From a virus (Duplodnaviria > Caudoviricetes), in IMG/VR virus record IMGVR_UViG_3300033068_001467, positions 23,794 to 87,793 of that record: a DNA stretch of 64,000 nucleotides; one strand, written 5' to 3'. The first letter of the stretch is position 1. The number at the start of each line of letters is the position of its first letter. The translations under genes and the position numbers were made by a program. Shown here piece after piece: positions 10,490 to 19,303 of this stretch. The notes under the pieces were generated by a model. That model saw only the letters and a program-made list of their open reading frames with translations, made no database searches and was not told the DNA's origin.

Positions 10490-10555
10490 ATTAGTTTATT
10501 AAAATAAAAATTGTATATTTGTACTATACGAAGTGAACTTAAAAACAATAACATT

Positions 10556-10771
10556 ATGACAATTAAAAAATTCGATTATTCAAAAAGTAAAGAAGATATA
10601 TTTTATAAAGTATTGTATCCAATTTATGCAAAGGAGTTTTTATACGGTAACAATTATGAAAACTTTGCTTTTACTGTTTCGGCAAACTTTATATTAAATT
10701 CGGAGCAGTGGGAGTATATTTTAGAACATTGGGAACAAAAAGAAAGTATTTTAACAATAGAAAATAAATAA
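10556..10771 (+). CDS. hypothetical protein
   Basis: ATG 10556 downstream of TATATTTG 10514-21. Confidence 0.55.
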   Translation: MTIKKFDYSKSKEDIFYKVLYPIYAKEFLYGNNYENFAFTVSANFILNSEQWEYILEHWEQKESILTIENK

Positions 10772-10773
10772 TT

Positions 10774-11076
10774 ATGAAAACACAAACATTATTAAAAAGA
10801 TTAAAAGGTATTCCACAAGTAAGACCTTTAACAAGTCCAAGAAGCGGTGAAAAAGTTAAAAACCAAGTTGAAATAATTATGAATAACGGAGTAGTTTTTC
10901 AGTCTTATTCTTCTACTATTGCTATTGAACATAAAGGAGTTACTTATCTTACAAAAGATTTTGATTATTCAGTTACAACTTCTAAATATTTGAAACAATT
11001 TTGTGGAAAATCGGCAAAAGAAATTAAAACAGAATTGAAAAATAAGAGTGTTAAATTTAAAATGTTAGAACAATGA
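10774..11076 (+). CDS. conserved early phage protein, paralog of 6089-6388
   Basis: Near-identical to 6089-6388 (SPRSGE, FQSY, FDYSVTTSKYLKQFCGKSAKE). Confidence 0.75.
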   Translation: MKTQTLLKRLKGIPQVRPLTSPRSGEKVKNQVEIIMNNGVVFQSYSSTIAIEHKGVTYLTKDFDYSVTTSKYLKQFCGKSAKEIKTELKNKSVKFKMLEQ

Positions 11077-11306
11077 AAACAAATAAATTAATTGGAGATT
11101 TAATACTATTCATAATTAATTTAGTAGGTTTTGGAGTTAGCTATTCAGTCCTATTTTTAAGTAAAACTATAAACTTAGAAACATACCTTATTTTATCTTT
11201 TTTAACGGCGTGGTTTTACACAAAATCACAAGTTGATAAATTAGATTTAGAAAACAAAATTTTTGAATTAAAAGAACTAATTAAAGATGCCAACACCAAG
11301 ACCTAA
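11073..11306 (+). CDS. small membrane protein
   Basis: Two hydrophobic segments. Confidence 0.55.
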   Translation: MKTNKLIGDLILFIINLVGFGVSYSVLFLSKTINLETYLILSFLTAWFYTKSQVDKLDLENKIFELKELIKDANTKT

Positions 11307-11751
11307 ACACAGAACATATTGTAAAACTTGTCAAGACTTTACAATCCATACGGCAGATTATGTTTGTCAAACTTGTGAAACTAAATTTACCTCCTACTTT
11401 CCAAGTGAAGTTGATGCAGTTTTAGTTGAACAACAAAGAAAGCGTTATTCCAAACAGAAACAAAATGATGTTTTAGGACTTTATGGAGCGTTTATGCAAG
11501 GTAATGGTATTAATGTTTTAATGAGAGATTTTGAACAAGTTAAGATTATTGAGTGTGATGCGGGGCAAGAAGAAATAGACAACAGAAAAAAAGAACAAAG
11601 AGAAGAAGCTAAAAGAAGAGGGCAAGAAATCTTAGATGATTATAACACCAACTACAAACACTTAAACAGAAATGATAAATGTAATTGTGGAAGTGGTAAA
11701 AAGTTTAAACAATGCCATCTAATTGAATTTAGAAAATACTTAAATATCTAA
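11287..11751 (+). CDS. zinc-ribbon plus SEC-C motif protein
   Basis: N-terminal CxxC..CxxC; C-terminal RNDKCNCGSGKKFKQCH is the SEC-C (SecA metal-binding domain) motif. Confidence 0.8.
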   Translation: MPTPRPKHRTYCKTCQDFTIHTADYVCQTCETKFTSYFPSEVDAVLVEQQRKRYSKQKQNDVLGLYGAFMQGNGINVLMRDFEQVKIIECDAGQEEIDNRKKEQREEAKRRGQEILDDYNTNYKHLNRNDKCNCGSGKKFKQCHLIEFRKYLNI

Positions 11752-11918
11752 TTATGAACAAAAAATACAACTTATTAGTAAAAATAAAAAATCAAACAGT
11801 TTTAAGAGCAGAAGATAACAGACTTAATAGAATATTTATTAAAGGTTTGTTTGAAGGAGAGAATTATAAAATTTCTGTTCTTTAATTCTTTTTGCGGAAA
11901 ATTAAACAATAAACAATT

Positions 11919-12203
11919 ATGAAAACAATACAATTTACAGGAGAAGAACATAAAATAGAAAATTTACACTTAGCTTTAGGTATTTCAGATAATGATATGC
12001 CACAACAAAGTGAGATTAGAGTTTATGTAGTAGATACAGAAGATGAAAAGCACACTTTATCAATGAGCGATGATGAATTTATGACTTTAGCAGAAGAGCA
12101 AGGAACAGTTTATACATTAGAAAGTTTCCAACACGCATTTAACTATGGAGATGTTAATGCTTTTACAGATGTTATAAGATTTATTTCTGTTCCTTTATTT
12201 TAA
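11919..12203 (+). CDS. hypothetical acidic protein
   Basis: ORF with A-rich leader. Confidence 0.6.
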   Translation: MKTIQFTGEEHKIENLHLALGISDNDMPQQSEIRVYVVDTEDEKHTLSMSDDEFMTLAEEQGTVYTLESFQHAFNYGDVNAFTDVIRFISVPLF

Positions 12204-12222
12204 TCTTTTTTACGGCGAAACT

Positions 12223-12432
12223 ATGACACCAACAACAAAAACAATTTTAAGAGAAGGTATTAACACATTTTTAGCTTCAACAAACGAAGAAAAAGAAAGA
12301 TTGATAGCCAAAGTACAAAACAATTTAGAAATTCACTACAACGCTTTAAATTCAATTGGAATGGGTTGTGTTGAAGACCAAGTTCAAGCAGGTAGAATCT
12401 TTTTACGAATTTTTGGCGGAAAAAACAATTAA
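12223..12432 (+). CDS. hypothetical protein
   Basis: Small ORF. Confidence 0.55.
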   Translation: MTPTTKTILREGINTFLASTNEEKERLIAKVQNNLEIHYNALNSIGMGCVEDQVQAGRIFLRIFGGKNN

Positions 12433-12444
12433 AAATAAGATATT

Positions 12445-12642
12445 ATGAACAAAAATATAGTACAAGACTACTTAAACAAAAACTCTCACATAATAGATGA
12501 GAAAGTAGTTGTAAAAAGTATAGTAGATAATGGAAATTATATCACAGCTTATTGTGAATGGAAAAGTGAAGAAGGTTTGAAAAGTGATTATCTAACAATA
12601 TCTTTATTTGATTTAATGGTTTTTATTTATTCTAAAATTTAA
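12445..12642 (+). CDS. hypothetical protein
   Basis: Small ORF. Confidence 0.55.
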   Translation: MNKNIVQDYLNKNSHIIDEKVVVKSIVDNGNYITAYCEWKSEEGLKSDYLTISLFDLMVFIYSKI

Positions 12643-12646
12643 TATT

Positions 12647-13039
12647 ATGAACAATTGGCAAGAATTTAAAGCAAGTGAACACTTTGGTTTAGTACAAAAC
12701 AAAGATATTGATTTAAAACTATTTAATGGTAGAGTTATTTCTGTTTATCAAGTTGTTGGAGTAACTATTTTAGATAATAAAAATAATGAAATTTCTTATA
12801 AAGATATTGGTTGGTTTTGCGCAAAAAAAGACTATAATAGGTATAAAAAACTGCAAAAACATCACGAGTTATTAGAAAAATATAACTTTGATACTTTAGA
12901 TAATTTTGAATTTGCTATCTACGATACTTACACACAGCAAGAAGATAGAGATAAAATAACTAAGTTGTTTAAGAAGTTAAAAAATCATATTGAAAAAGCA
13001 CAAGAACAGATATTAACAGAATCTAAAACATTTTTATAA
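12647..13039 (+). CDS. hypothetical protein
   Basis: 130-aa ORF. Confidence 0.65.
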   Translation: MNNWQEFKASEHFGLVQNKDIDLKLFNGRVISVYQVVGVTILDNKNNEISYKDIGWFCAKKDYNRYKKLQKHHELLEKYNFDTLDNFEFAIYDTYTQQEDRDKITKLFKKLKNHIEKAQEQILTESKTFL

Positions 13040-13106
13040 TGACACTGCAACAATCATTAGAATTTATATATCAAAACTATTTTAACATCTTAAACTTTTT
13101 AAAACA

Positions 13107-13664
13107 ATGAAACTAAAAGATATTTTAAACAGCATAAATTTTGAAGATAAAAGAATACAAACAAATCCTGATTGGGAAGAGTTAGCTCAAGAATTTGGAA
13201 TTGATTTATATTGGTCAGAAGACAGCAGACTAAAAGCATACCACGTAAAAACTTGGCAATGTACAGATACTTGGGTTGGTTGGGAAGCGTATTTCTTAGA
13301 TAAGGAGTTAATTTGTCTTTCTTCTCAAAATGCAAGAAAATCAGATAAAGATTTTGAATTTATTTCAAGAGAAAGTTATATTAAAGTTAAAGATTATTTA
13401 TTAAGTTTAACTGTGGATGAAAAAACTATTAATATTCTTGACTTAGAATTTAATATACCCGAAAAATACACTATAAATTATAATGACCAAATCTTACATA
13501 AGACAGCTTGGTTAGATGGAAGTAAAGTGGAAATTTTAAAAAGAAAATATAGTTTTAATGAAAAAGAAAAGTATTTTCATACAGTTGAAATAAAAACAGA
13601 AGATGATAATGTAAAAGAAGTTGATTGCAGAGAATTATTGTTTGACTATAACACATTAGATTAA
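13107..13664 (+). CDS. hypothetical protein
   Basis: 185-aa ORF. Confidence 0.7.
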   Translation: MKLKDILNSINFEDKRIQTNPDWEELAQEFGIDLYWSEDSRLKAYHVKTWQCTDTWVGWEAYFLDKELICLSSQNARKSDKDFEFISRESYIKVKDYLLSLTVDEKTINILDLEFNIPEKYTINYNDQILHKTAWLDGSKVEILKRKYSFNEKEKYFHTVEIKTEDDNVKEVDCRELLFDYNTLD

Positions 13665-13666
13665 TT

Positions 13667-13855
13667 ATGAACAATTTTATAAATAAACTTTTTACATTAT
13701 CGGGTTGTGTAACAGGTATATTATTTATTTTAGTAGCTATCAGTTGGTTATTTGATAATGAACCTAATAATTTATGGAGAGTCTTTACTTCGAGTTGTAA
13801 TATTACAATAGTAACCTTTCTTTTTTACCTTTTATTCGGCGGAAAAAGAAACTAA
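13667..13855 (+). CDS. small membrane protein
   Basis: Two hydrophobic segments. Confidence 0.5.
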   Translation: MNNFINKLFTLSGCVTGILFILVAISWLFDNEPNNLWRVFTSSCNITIVTFLFYLLFGGKRN

Positions 13856-13869
13856 AAACAGAAAAAATT

Positions 13870-14148
13870 ATGAGCAAAATACTAGAATTAAACGGATATA
13901 AATATTCAAGAGAAGAGTTTGAAGATTATAAGTTCAGAACTATTTTCAGAATAGGTACAGACACAGATTGGATAAATGATAATAATATAACTATTTACAC
14001 AAATAATCCAAGTAAAGAAGATGTTGACAAAGTAATATTATCAAGAACAACAGACAGAGTAGTTTCTTTTAAAATGGAACATTGGACTACAAAAGAACAA
14101 GACGATTTAACATCACAGTTTTTAGAAGAAACCTTAAAAGATATTTAA
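13870..14148 (+). CDS. hypothetical protein
   Basis: ORF with A-rich leader. Confidence 0.6.
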   Translation: MSKILELNGYKYSREEFEDYKFRTIFRIGTDTDWINDNNITIYTNNPSKEDVDKVILSRTTDRVVSFKMEHWTTKEQDDLTSQFLEETLKDI

Positions 14149-14224
14149 TTATGAAAGTAGCACTTGTTGGAAATTAAGCAGAAAGTAATTCAGTAAAACT
14201 ATTAATATTTGGATACACACAATA

Positions 14225-14500
14225 ATGGAAACAGAACACATCTTCGCCAATTTAAACAGAAAAAAAGCTTGTTTGCAAGTATTCTCTAAAGATTATTTTT
14301 GGGAAGTATCTTCTTCTCCTAGAGAGTGGAGTTACAAGGAATTAAATCATAGAAGGCATTATGATTTTGCCAAAGAAATGAGTGAGAAATTCGAGTTCAT
14401 TAAAAGTTACAAAAAACCTACTGAAGAACAAACTAAAGAATTTTATGAGTGGTTAGAAACAATTAATTTAGAATATTATTTTTTAAACGATGAGCAGTAA
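14225..14500 (+). CDS. hypothetical protein
   Basis: ORF in run. Confidence 0.55.
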   Translation: METEHIFANLNRKKACLQVFSKDYFWEVSSSPREWSYKELNHRRHYDFAKEMSEKFEFIKSYKKPTEEQTKEFYEWLETINLEYYFLNDEQ

Positions 14501-14598
14501 AGCAGAAGTTTTAGAGAAAATAAACCCCAACATAAATTATATGGTAGAAGAGTGATTACATACAGACTAACCAATTTTTATAATTCATTTTTATTCTT

Positions 14599-14708
14599 TA
14601 TATTTGTGGCTTAAATTGATAGAAGTCGAACACTATCTTTGAAAAACATAGCCTCATTTAAAAGTAATTATCTTTGTTCGACCCTGAAGATAGTGAAATT
14701 GGTGAGGC
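14599..14708 (+). promoter_or_regulatory. promoter plus kissing-hairpin leader of HNH gene
   Basis: TATATTTG 14599-606; hairpin loop GTCGAAC 14625-31 is complementary to hairpin loop GTTCGAC 14676-82. Confidence 0.6.
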
Positions 14709-14727
14709 ATTATTATTTTAAGTCAAA

Positions 14728-16134
14728 ATGGAAAACAAAAGGAAATGTAACGCGTGTTTAGAAGAGAAAGAATTATGTGAATTTGGCAAGGATTCTAGTA
14801 AAAAAGGTGGGTATGATAACAAGTGTAAAAAATGTAAAGTCAATAAATATCCGTCCATAAAAATAAAAGAGCCCTTGGGTGTTATTTTTAAATGTAAAGC
14901 TTGTCTTGAAAACAAAGATGCTACTCTTTTTTACAAAAATAAAGCTTTTAAAAATGGATATAACACTAGATGTATTGATTGTATAAAAAATAATGTATAT
15001 AAAACAATAGAAATAAAAAAAGAGACTAAAAAATGTAATAGCTGTTTCTTAGATAAAAGCCTTAGTTATTTTAGTAAAAATTCAGGATTAGAAAGTTATA
15101 GGTCACAATGTAATGCTTGTAAAAATAAAGGCATAAAAGTACCAAAAAAAGAAATTACTATAAGTGAATATAAAATATGTAATGAGTGTAATTTAGAAAA
15201 ACATGTAGAAGAGTTTCATAAAACTAAGAAAAGGGATGGTTCAAACACAACAGCAGGTTTTTGTAAAAAATGTTTTAACTTTAAACAAAATAAACAAATA
15301 GAGTGTTTAAAATGTAAAGAATTAAAGACTAAATATTGTTTTGAAAAAGGTTCGACTACGTGTAAAAAATGTAACAAAGTTACAAAAGAAAAGGTTAAAA
15401 AAGAGAAGGATGTTATTCTTAAATTTTTACAATGTGTTGGTTGTAACATTACTAAGCCTATAAAAGATTTTACAAAAGATAAATCTTCTAAATTAGAAGC
15501 AAAAAGTTTATGTAAAGATTGTAGCAATGTCAAACGGTACGAAAAGTCAAAGAAAAAGGAAGTATTTAGTGCTAATGAAAAAAGATGCTCAAAATGTAGT
15601 ATTATAAAACCTTTGACAGAGTATTGTAGAGACAGAGATAAATTTAGAGCAGAGTGTAAAGATTGTAAAAAAGAATATAATAAAAGAACAAAAGATTTAG
15701 CAAGAGAATCATCAAGAAAAAGAGCAAGAAAAAAGTCAAAGACAGACAGTTTATATAGATTAAGTAATAACGTGAGAGGGTTAATACATCAAGCAATAAA
15801 GAAAAATAAAAATATTAAAAGGAAAAACACTCAAACTATAGTGGGGTGTACTTGGGAAGAGTTTAAAAACCACATTGAATCTCAATTTGAAAGTTGGATG
15901 AATTGGGATAACTATGGTAATGTTTGTGGGAATTATCCCGAGTATAATTGTTCTTGGGATTTAGACCACATTATTCCTATAAATTATGCAAAAACAGAGG
16001 AAGAGATATATTTATTGAATCATTGGAGTAATTTCCAACCACTTTGTTCAAAAGTTAATAGATGGGAGAAAAAGGGCACATTGTACCCTTGTTGTAATAT
16101 TGAGTTAAATATAACTGTAATATTGGAAAAATAA
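14728..16134 (+). CDS. HNH homing endonuclease with seven tandem zinc-ribbon repeats
   Basis: 14 CxxC motifs (7 pairs), then WDLDHIIP...NHWSNFQPLCSKVN HNH core. Confidence 0.85.
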   Translation: MENKRKCNACLEEKELCEFGKDSSKKGGYDNKCKKCKVNKYPSIKIKEPLGVIFKCKACLENKDATLFYKNKAFKNGYNTRCIDCIKNNVYKTIEIKKETKKCNSCFLDKSLSYFSKNSGLESYRSQCNACKNKGIKVPKKEITISEYKICNECNLEKHVEEFHKTKKRDGSNTTAGFCKKCFNFKQNKQIECLKCKELKTKYCFEKGSTTCKKCNKVTKEKVKKEKDVILKFLQCVGCNITKPIKDFTKDKSSKLEAKSLCKDCSNVKRYEKSKKKEVFSANEKRCSKCSIIKPLTEYCRDRDKFRAECKDCKKEYNKRTKDLARESSRKRARKKSKTDSLYRLSNNVRGLIHQAIKKNKNIKRKNTQTIVGCTWEEFKNHIESQFESWMNWDNYGNVCGNYPEYNCSWDLDHIIPINYAKTEEEIYLLNHWSNFQPLCSKVNRWEKKGTLYPCCNIELNITVILEK

Positions 16135-16185
16135 AAAATTAAAATAATTGTTGCGTAATTCAATAATAATCAATACATTTGCAAA

Positions 16186-16377
16186 ATGAAACTAGAACAA
16201 AAAAACCAAATAGAACACTATTTATTAATGGCAGTTAAGAGATGTACTGAATTCGATGAACAAAATGACATAGCTTTAAAAGCTTATTGGAAGGGTCAAG
16301 TTTATGGAGTTATAAAAATGATACACGTACTTGAATTAAATATTGATGACATATATTGGTTAAATCAACTACCATGA
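16186..16377 (+). CDS. hypothetical protein
   Basis: ORF after TACATTTG 16174-81. Confidence 0.55.
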   Translation: MKLEQKNQIEHYLLMAVKRCTEFDEQNDIALKAYWKGQVYGVIKMIHVLELNIDDIYWLNQLP

Positions 16378-16724
16378 TAGAGCTTCAAAAAATAGACTGT
16401 AATTGTAATGATTGTATATTTATGGTTAGAGATATGGAGAAGTTTAAATTATCACTTAAAACGCATGAAAAGTGGCAATTAGACTATTTCAACGTAACTA
16501 AAGCTAATCTTAAAAAACGCGCCGAAGAAAGAAAACTAAAAGGAGAAACAGAAAAAGCTAATAACATACTAAAAGAGATTAGTAAAATGCGTTTTCAATT
16601 TGATAAAAGTACTTGCTCTATTAACTATGGAAATTGTACTAAGTTAAATAAATCTGTCTCTTTCATACCTAATATATTGCAAATTGAGACGCAACATTGT
16701 TTTAAACACCGAAGAGAACTATGA
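16374..16724 (+). CDS. Cys-containing hypothetical protein
   Basis: CNCNDC..YGNC..C motifs; ATGA-coupled start 16374. Confidence 0.65.
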   Translation: MIELQKIDCNCNDCIFMVRDMEKFKLSLKTHEKWQLDYFNVTKANLKKRAEERKLKGETEKANNILKEISKMRFQFDKSTCSINYGNCTKLNKSVSFIPNILQIETQHCFKHRREL

Positions 16725-16906
16725 AAACAATTCAAGACTATCAAAAACGGCACAATCACATAAAAAACTATTGTGAAAAAATGATTACTAAGTTTACAAG
16801 AACTTTAGAAGAACATCCTAATAGTTTTGATGCGCAAATTAAAAGAAAAGCATATCAGGATATTTTATATAAATTAGACTATGAAAATCTCGGCAATAAA
16901 AACTGA
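16721..16906 (+). CDS. hypothetical protein
   Basis: ATGA-coupled ORF. Confidence 0.55.
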   Translation: MKTIQDYQKRHNHIKNYCEKMITKFTRTLEEHPNSFDAQIKRKAYQDILYKLDYENLGNKN

Positions 16907-17090
16907 AAAGGAAAAAATAGAAATACAAACAAACAAAGGAAATATAATTCTAAGAAAGTTTGGTAAAGACTATATATCACAAACAGATATTCCTTATGGT
17001 TTTTCTAAAGAGAGTAAGTTATATTTACAGATAAAGAAATGTTTAATAGCAGGAGAATCTTTAGAGCAGTTTATAGGTTGCTGTTTTTAA
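16881..17090 (+). CDS. hypothetical protein whose stop codon is the TAAC of an attC-like site
   Basis: TAA 17088-90 is part of TAACGTT. Confidence 0.55.
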   Translation: MKISAIKTEKEKIEIQTNKGNIILRKFGKDYISQTDIPYGFSKESKLYLQIKKCLIAGESLEQFIGCCF

Positions 17091-17217
17091 CGTTTTGCGG
17101 CTATACGAGGTTGTTGCCGAATTAAAAACAGACCTCATAAACATAAACTAAATTTTAAAATTATGACTGAACTTTCAAAAAATGCCGAATTGCAACAATC
17201 TTGTATAACCGCTGTTA
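17088..17217. repeat. attC-like hairpin recombination site (array 1)
   Basis: TAACGTT-GCGGCTATACGAGGTTGTTGC ... GCAACAATCTTGTATAACCGC-TGTTA; 21-bp imperfect stem. Confidence 0.8.
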
Positions 17218-17447
17218 TAAGCCGTTTTTCTAACACAATTGAATTATGGTTAAAAAGCGATATTAACGGAAATTGGATAAGGAACGAAAAAAACACAAAT
17301 ACGTTTACCGACATTAAAGGCGGTAGAGCTTTGTATGTTTATGAAGACTGCATTAAGTATTGGGATGATATTAGACAACATTCTGGAGTTTGTGAATATA
17401 TGATTCCAACTTCAAAAATAGAGTTGTTTGATATACTCGGTGGTTAA
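17163..17447 (+). CDS. cassette-borne hypothetical protein (start codon inside the attC-like site)
   Basis: ATG 17163 lies in the hairpin loop; body bounded by GTTATAAGCCGTTTT / AAAATGGCTTATAAC. Confidence 0.7.
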   Translation: MTELSKNAELQQSCITAVISRFSNTIELWLKSDINGNWIRNEKNTNTFTDIKGGRALYVYEDCIKYWDDIRQHSGVCEYMIPTSKIELFDILGG

Positions 17448-17512
17448 AATGGCTTATAACTCCTATATATAAACAACCAATATAAACACTAATAAAATCA
17501 ATACTATAAGCC

Positions 17513-18343
17513 ATGAACATTCGAAAATACATAGACGACTATTCGAGAGATATAGAATTAGTTTATAACTCTAAAGCAACAAAAAATAATTATAAAAGCC
17601 AAATATGGTGTTTTTTAAATCACTTTAAAAATGAAGTTGAACCAAAATCAATAACAAATGCTAAAATAAAAGACTGGTTATTAGAGGCTAAAACTATAAA
17701 CACAAGAAAACATAGACTTTGTGCTTTGAATTCTTTTTATAAAATTACAATTGGTATGCCTTCTAAAATTCAGAAAATACCTTATCCTAAATCTGAAAAG
17801 AAATTACCAATAGTACTAAGTCAAGAGGAGGTTCAAAAAATGTTTGATGTGTGCGAAAATACTAAACATAAGGTTATTTTAGCTTTACTTTATTCTACTG
17901 GAATGCGAGTTTCGGAATTGATTAATTTGAAGTGGGAACATTTTGATAGGTCAAGAGGAATTATAAACATAATTGGTGGTAAAGGAAATAAGGATAGACA
18001 AGTAATGTTGTCTAATGATTTATATCCATTACTAGAAAAATATTGGAAAGAGTATAGGTCTTTTCCTTATGTTTTGAAAGGTCGGTTTTCGGAGCATTAT
18101 TCGGATAGAAGTGTTGGTCAAGTGATGAAACAATTAGCAAAAAAAGCAGGAATAAGTAAAAGAGTTTACACTCATTTGATGCGTCATAATTGTTTTACAC
18201 ATTTAGTAGAAAATGGTATTGATATTAATTTAATACAAAAACTAGCAGGTCATTCAAACGTTAAAACAACTTTGGTTTACACACATATATCACACAACTT
18301 AATAAGTAAAATAAGGTCACCTTTAAATTTAATAAAATTATGA
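17513..18343 (+). CDS. tyrosine recombinase (Xer/integron-integrase-like, no IntI insertion)
   Basis: STGMRVSEL (R), GKGNKDR (K), HLMRH (HxxR), GHSN (H), TLVYTH (Y): catalytic set intact. Confidence 0.92.
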   Translation: MNIRKYIDDYSRDIELVYNSKATKNNYKSQIWCFLNHFKNEVEPKSITNAKIKDWLLEAKTINTRKHRLCALNSFYKITIGMPSKIQKIPYPKSEKKLPIVLSQEEVQKMFDVCENTKHKVILALLYSTGMRVSELINLKWEHFDRSRGIINIIGGKGNKDRQVMLSNDLYPLLEKYWKEYRSFPYVLKGRFSEHYSDRSVGQVMKQLAKKAGISKRVYTHLMRHNCFTHLVENGIDINLIQKLAGHSNVKTTLVYTHISHNLISKIRSPLNLIKL

Positions 18344-18436
18344 CAGAAAAATGGCGTTTAATTAAAAGTTTCACTTGGACGATGTTAGTTTTAATAGTTG
18401 TCTTTGAAATAGTAGTAATGTTAAAAGTAATAAGAG

Positions 18437-18625
18437 ATGCAAGTATTTAAAACAAAATCATTCAATCCTGACATAACAGACAAGCAATTAGAAAGAAAAG
18501 TTAATACAACTTCTTTTTTATCTTTTGAGCGCGCTATAAGAGAATCAGAAGAACTAAATAAACTAAGCAGAAAAATAGTTGGTTATCAAGTGACAGAACA
18601 AGGTATAACTTTAATTTTAGAATAA
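18437..18625 (+). CDS. hypothetical protein
   Basis: Small ORF. Confidence 0.5.
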   Translation: MQVFKTKSFNPDITDKQLERKVNTTSFLSFERAIRESEELNKLSRKIVGYQVTEQGITLILE

Positions 18626-18825
18626 TGAGAGAAAAAATAATTGAAACGAAAGCACTTTTGATATATTGGCTTGTTTTAGCAATACACTTTTTTACCATAT
18701 ATTCTAAATGGTATCTTACAAACGCTGCCAAACCAGGTAACTTTTGGTTATTATTCAGTATATTTAGTTTTTGTATGTTTATTATACAAGGAGTTAAATT
18801 AGAAATTTTAAGAAATAAAAAATGA
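18625..18825 (+). CDS. small membrane protein
   Basis: Two hydrophobic segments; TAATG coupling. Confidence 0.55.
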   Translation: MREKIIETKALLIYWLVLAIHFFTIYSKWYLTNAAKPGNFWLLFSIFSFCMFIIQGVKLEILRNKK

Positions 18826-19067
18826 CACAAATAGTTAAAAATTGGTGGCAACGTCGCCAAGAAAAATTAAAACAGCAAGATTTCTCAACAGCAAGAGAAG
18901 TAATTCTATACAATTTAAGTAACGATTTAACAACAGAAGAACAAATCAATTTGTTTAAAGATGTTTCTGATGTATTTACTAATAAGATGGTTAGTAGATT
19001 AGATAGTATTAGTAGAGAGAAAATTGTTTTAGAGCGGTTTTTAGACATCAGTTCTTCAATTTCTTAA
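18822..19067 (+). CDS. hypothetical protein
   Basis: ATGA-coupled ORF. Confidence 0.6.
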   Translation: MTQIVKNWWQRRQEKLKQQDFSTAREVILYNLSNDLTTEEQINLFKDVSDVFTNKMVSRLDSISREKIVLERFLDISSSIS

Positions 19068-19088
19068 TCTTTGCCTTTACGGCTTTAA

Positions 19089-19298
19089 ATGCGCGAAATT
19101 ATGGACAAAAATAGAGCACTAATAGAAATAGAAAAAATTATTTGGTCTAAAGACTCGGATAGTAAATCAAGTGAAAATATAAGAGCTGAAATAAAAGAAG
19201 TTTTAGCAGAATTGCAAACCTATCATTATAATTTAGGTAAAAGACAAGGATTGTTTAAAGCAATCAATTTATTAGAAGAATTTGCCAAAAAAGAATAA
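19089..19298 (+). CDS. hypothetical protein
   Basis: Small ORF. Confidence 0.55.
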   Translation: MREIMDKNRALIEIEKIIWSKDSDSKSSENIRAEIKEVLAELQTYHYNLGKRQGLFKAINLLEEFAKKE

Positions 19299-19303
19299 AA
19301 AAT

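Larger units (their letters stand above)
17088..18343 (+). mobile_element. integron-like cassette locus 1 (one site, one cassette, attI-like segment, recombinase)
   Basis: Same architecture as locus 38692-42011. Confidence 0.7.

Noticed and set aside
14676-14682. GTTCGA as a tRNA T-loop (also near 15351 and 20280)
   Set aside because: No cloverleaf; explained by the kissing loop or coding sequence. No tRNA gene was found in the window
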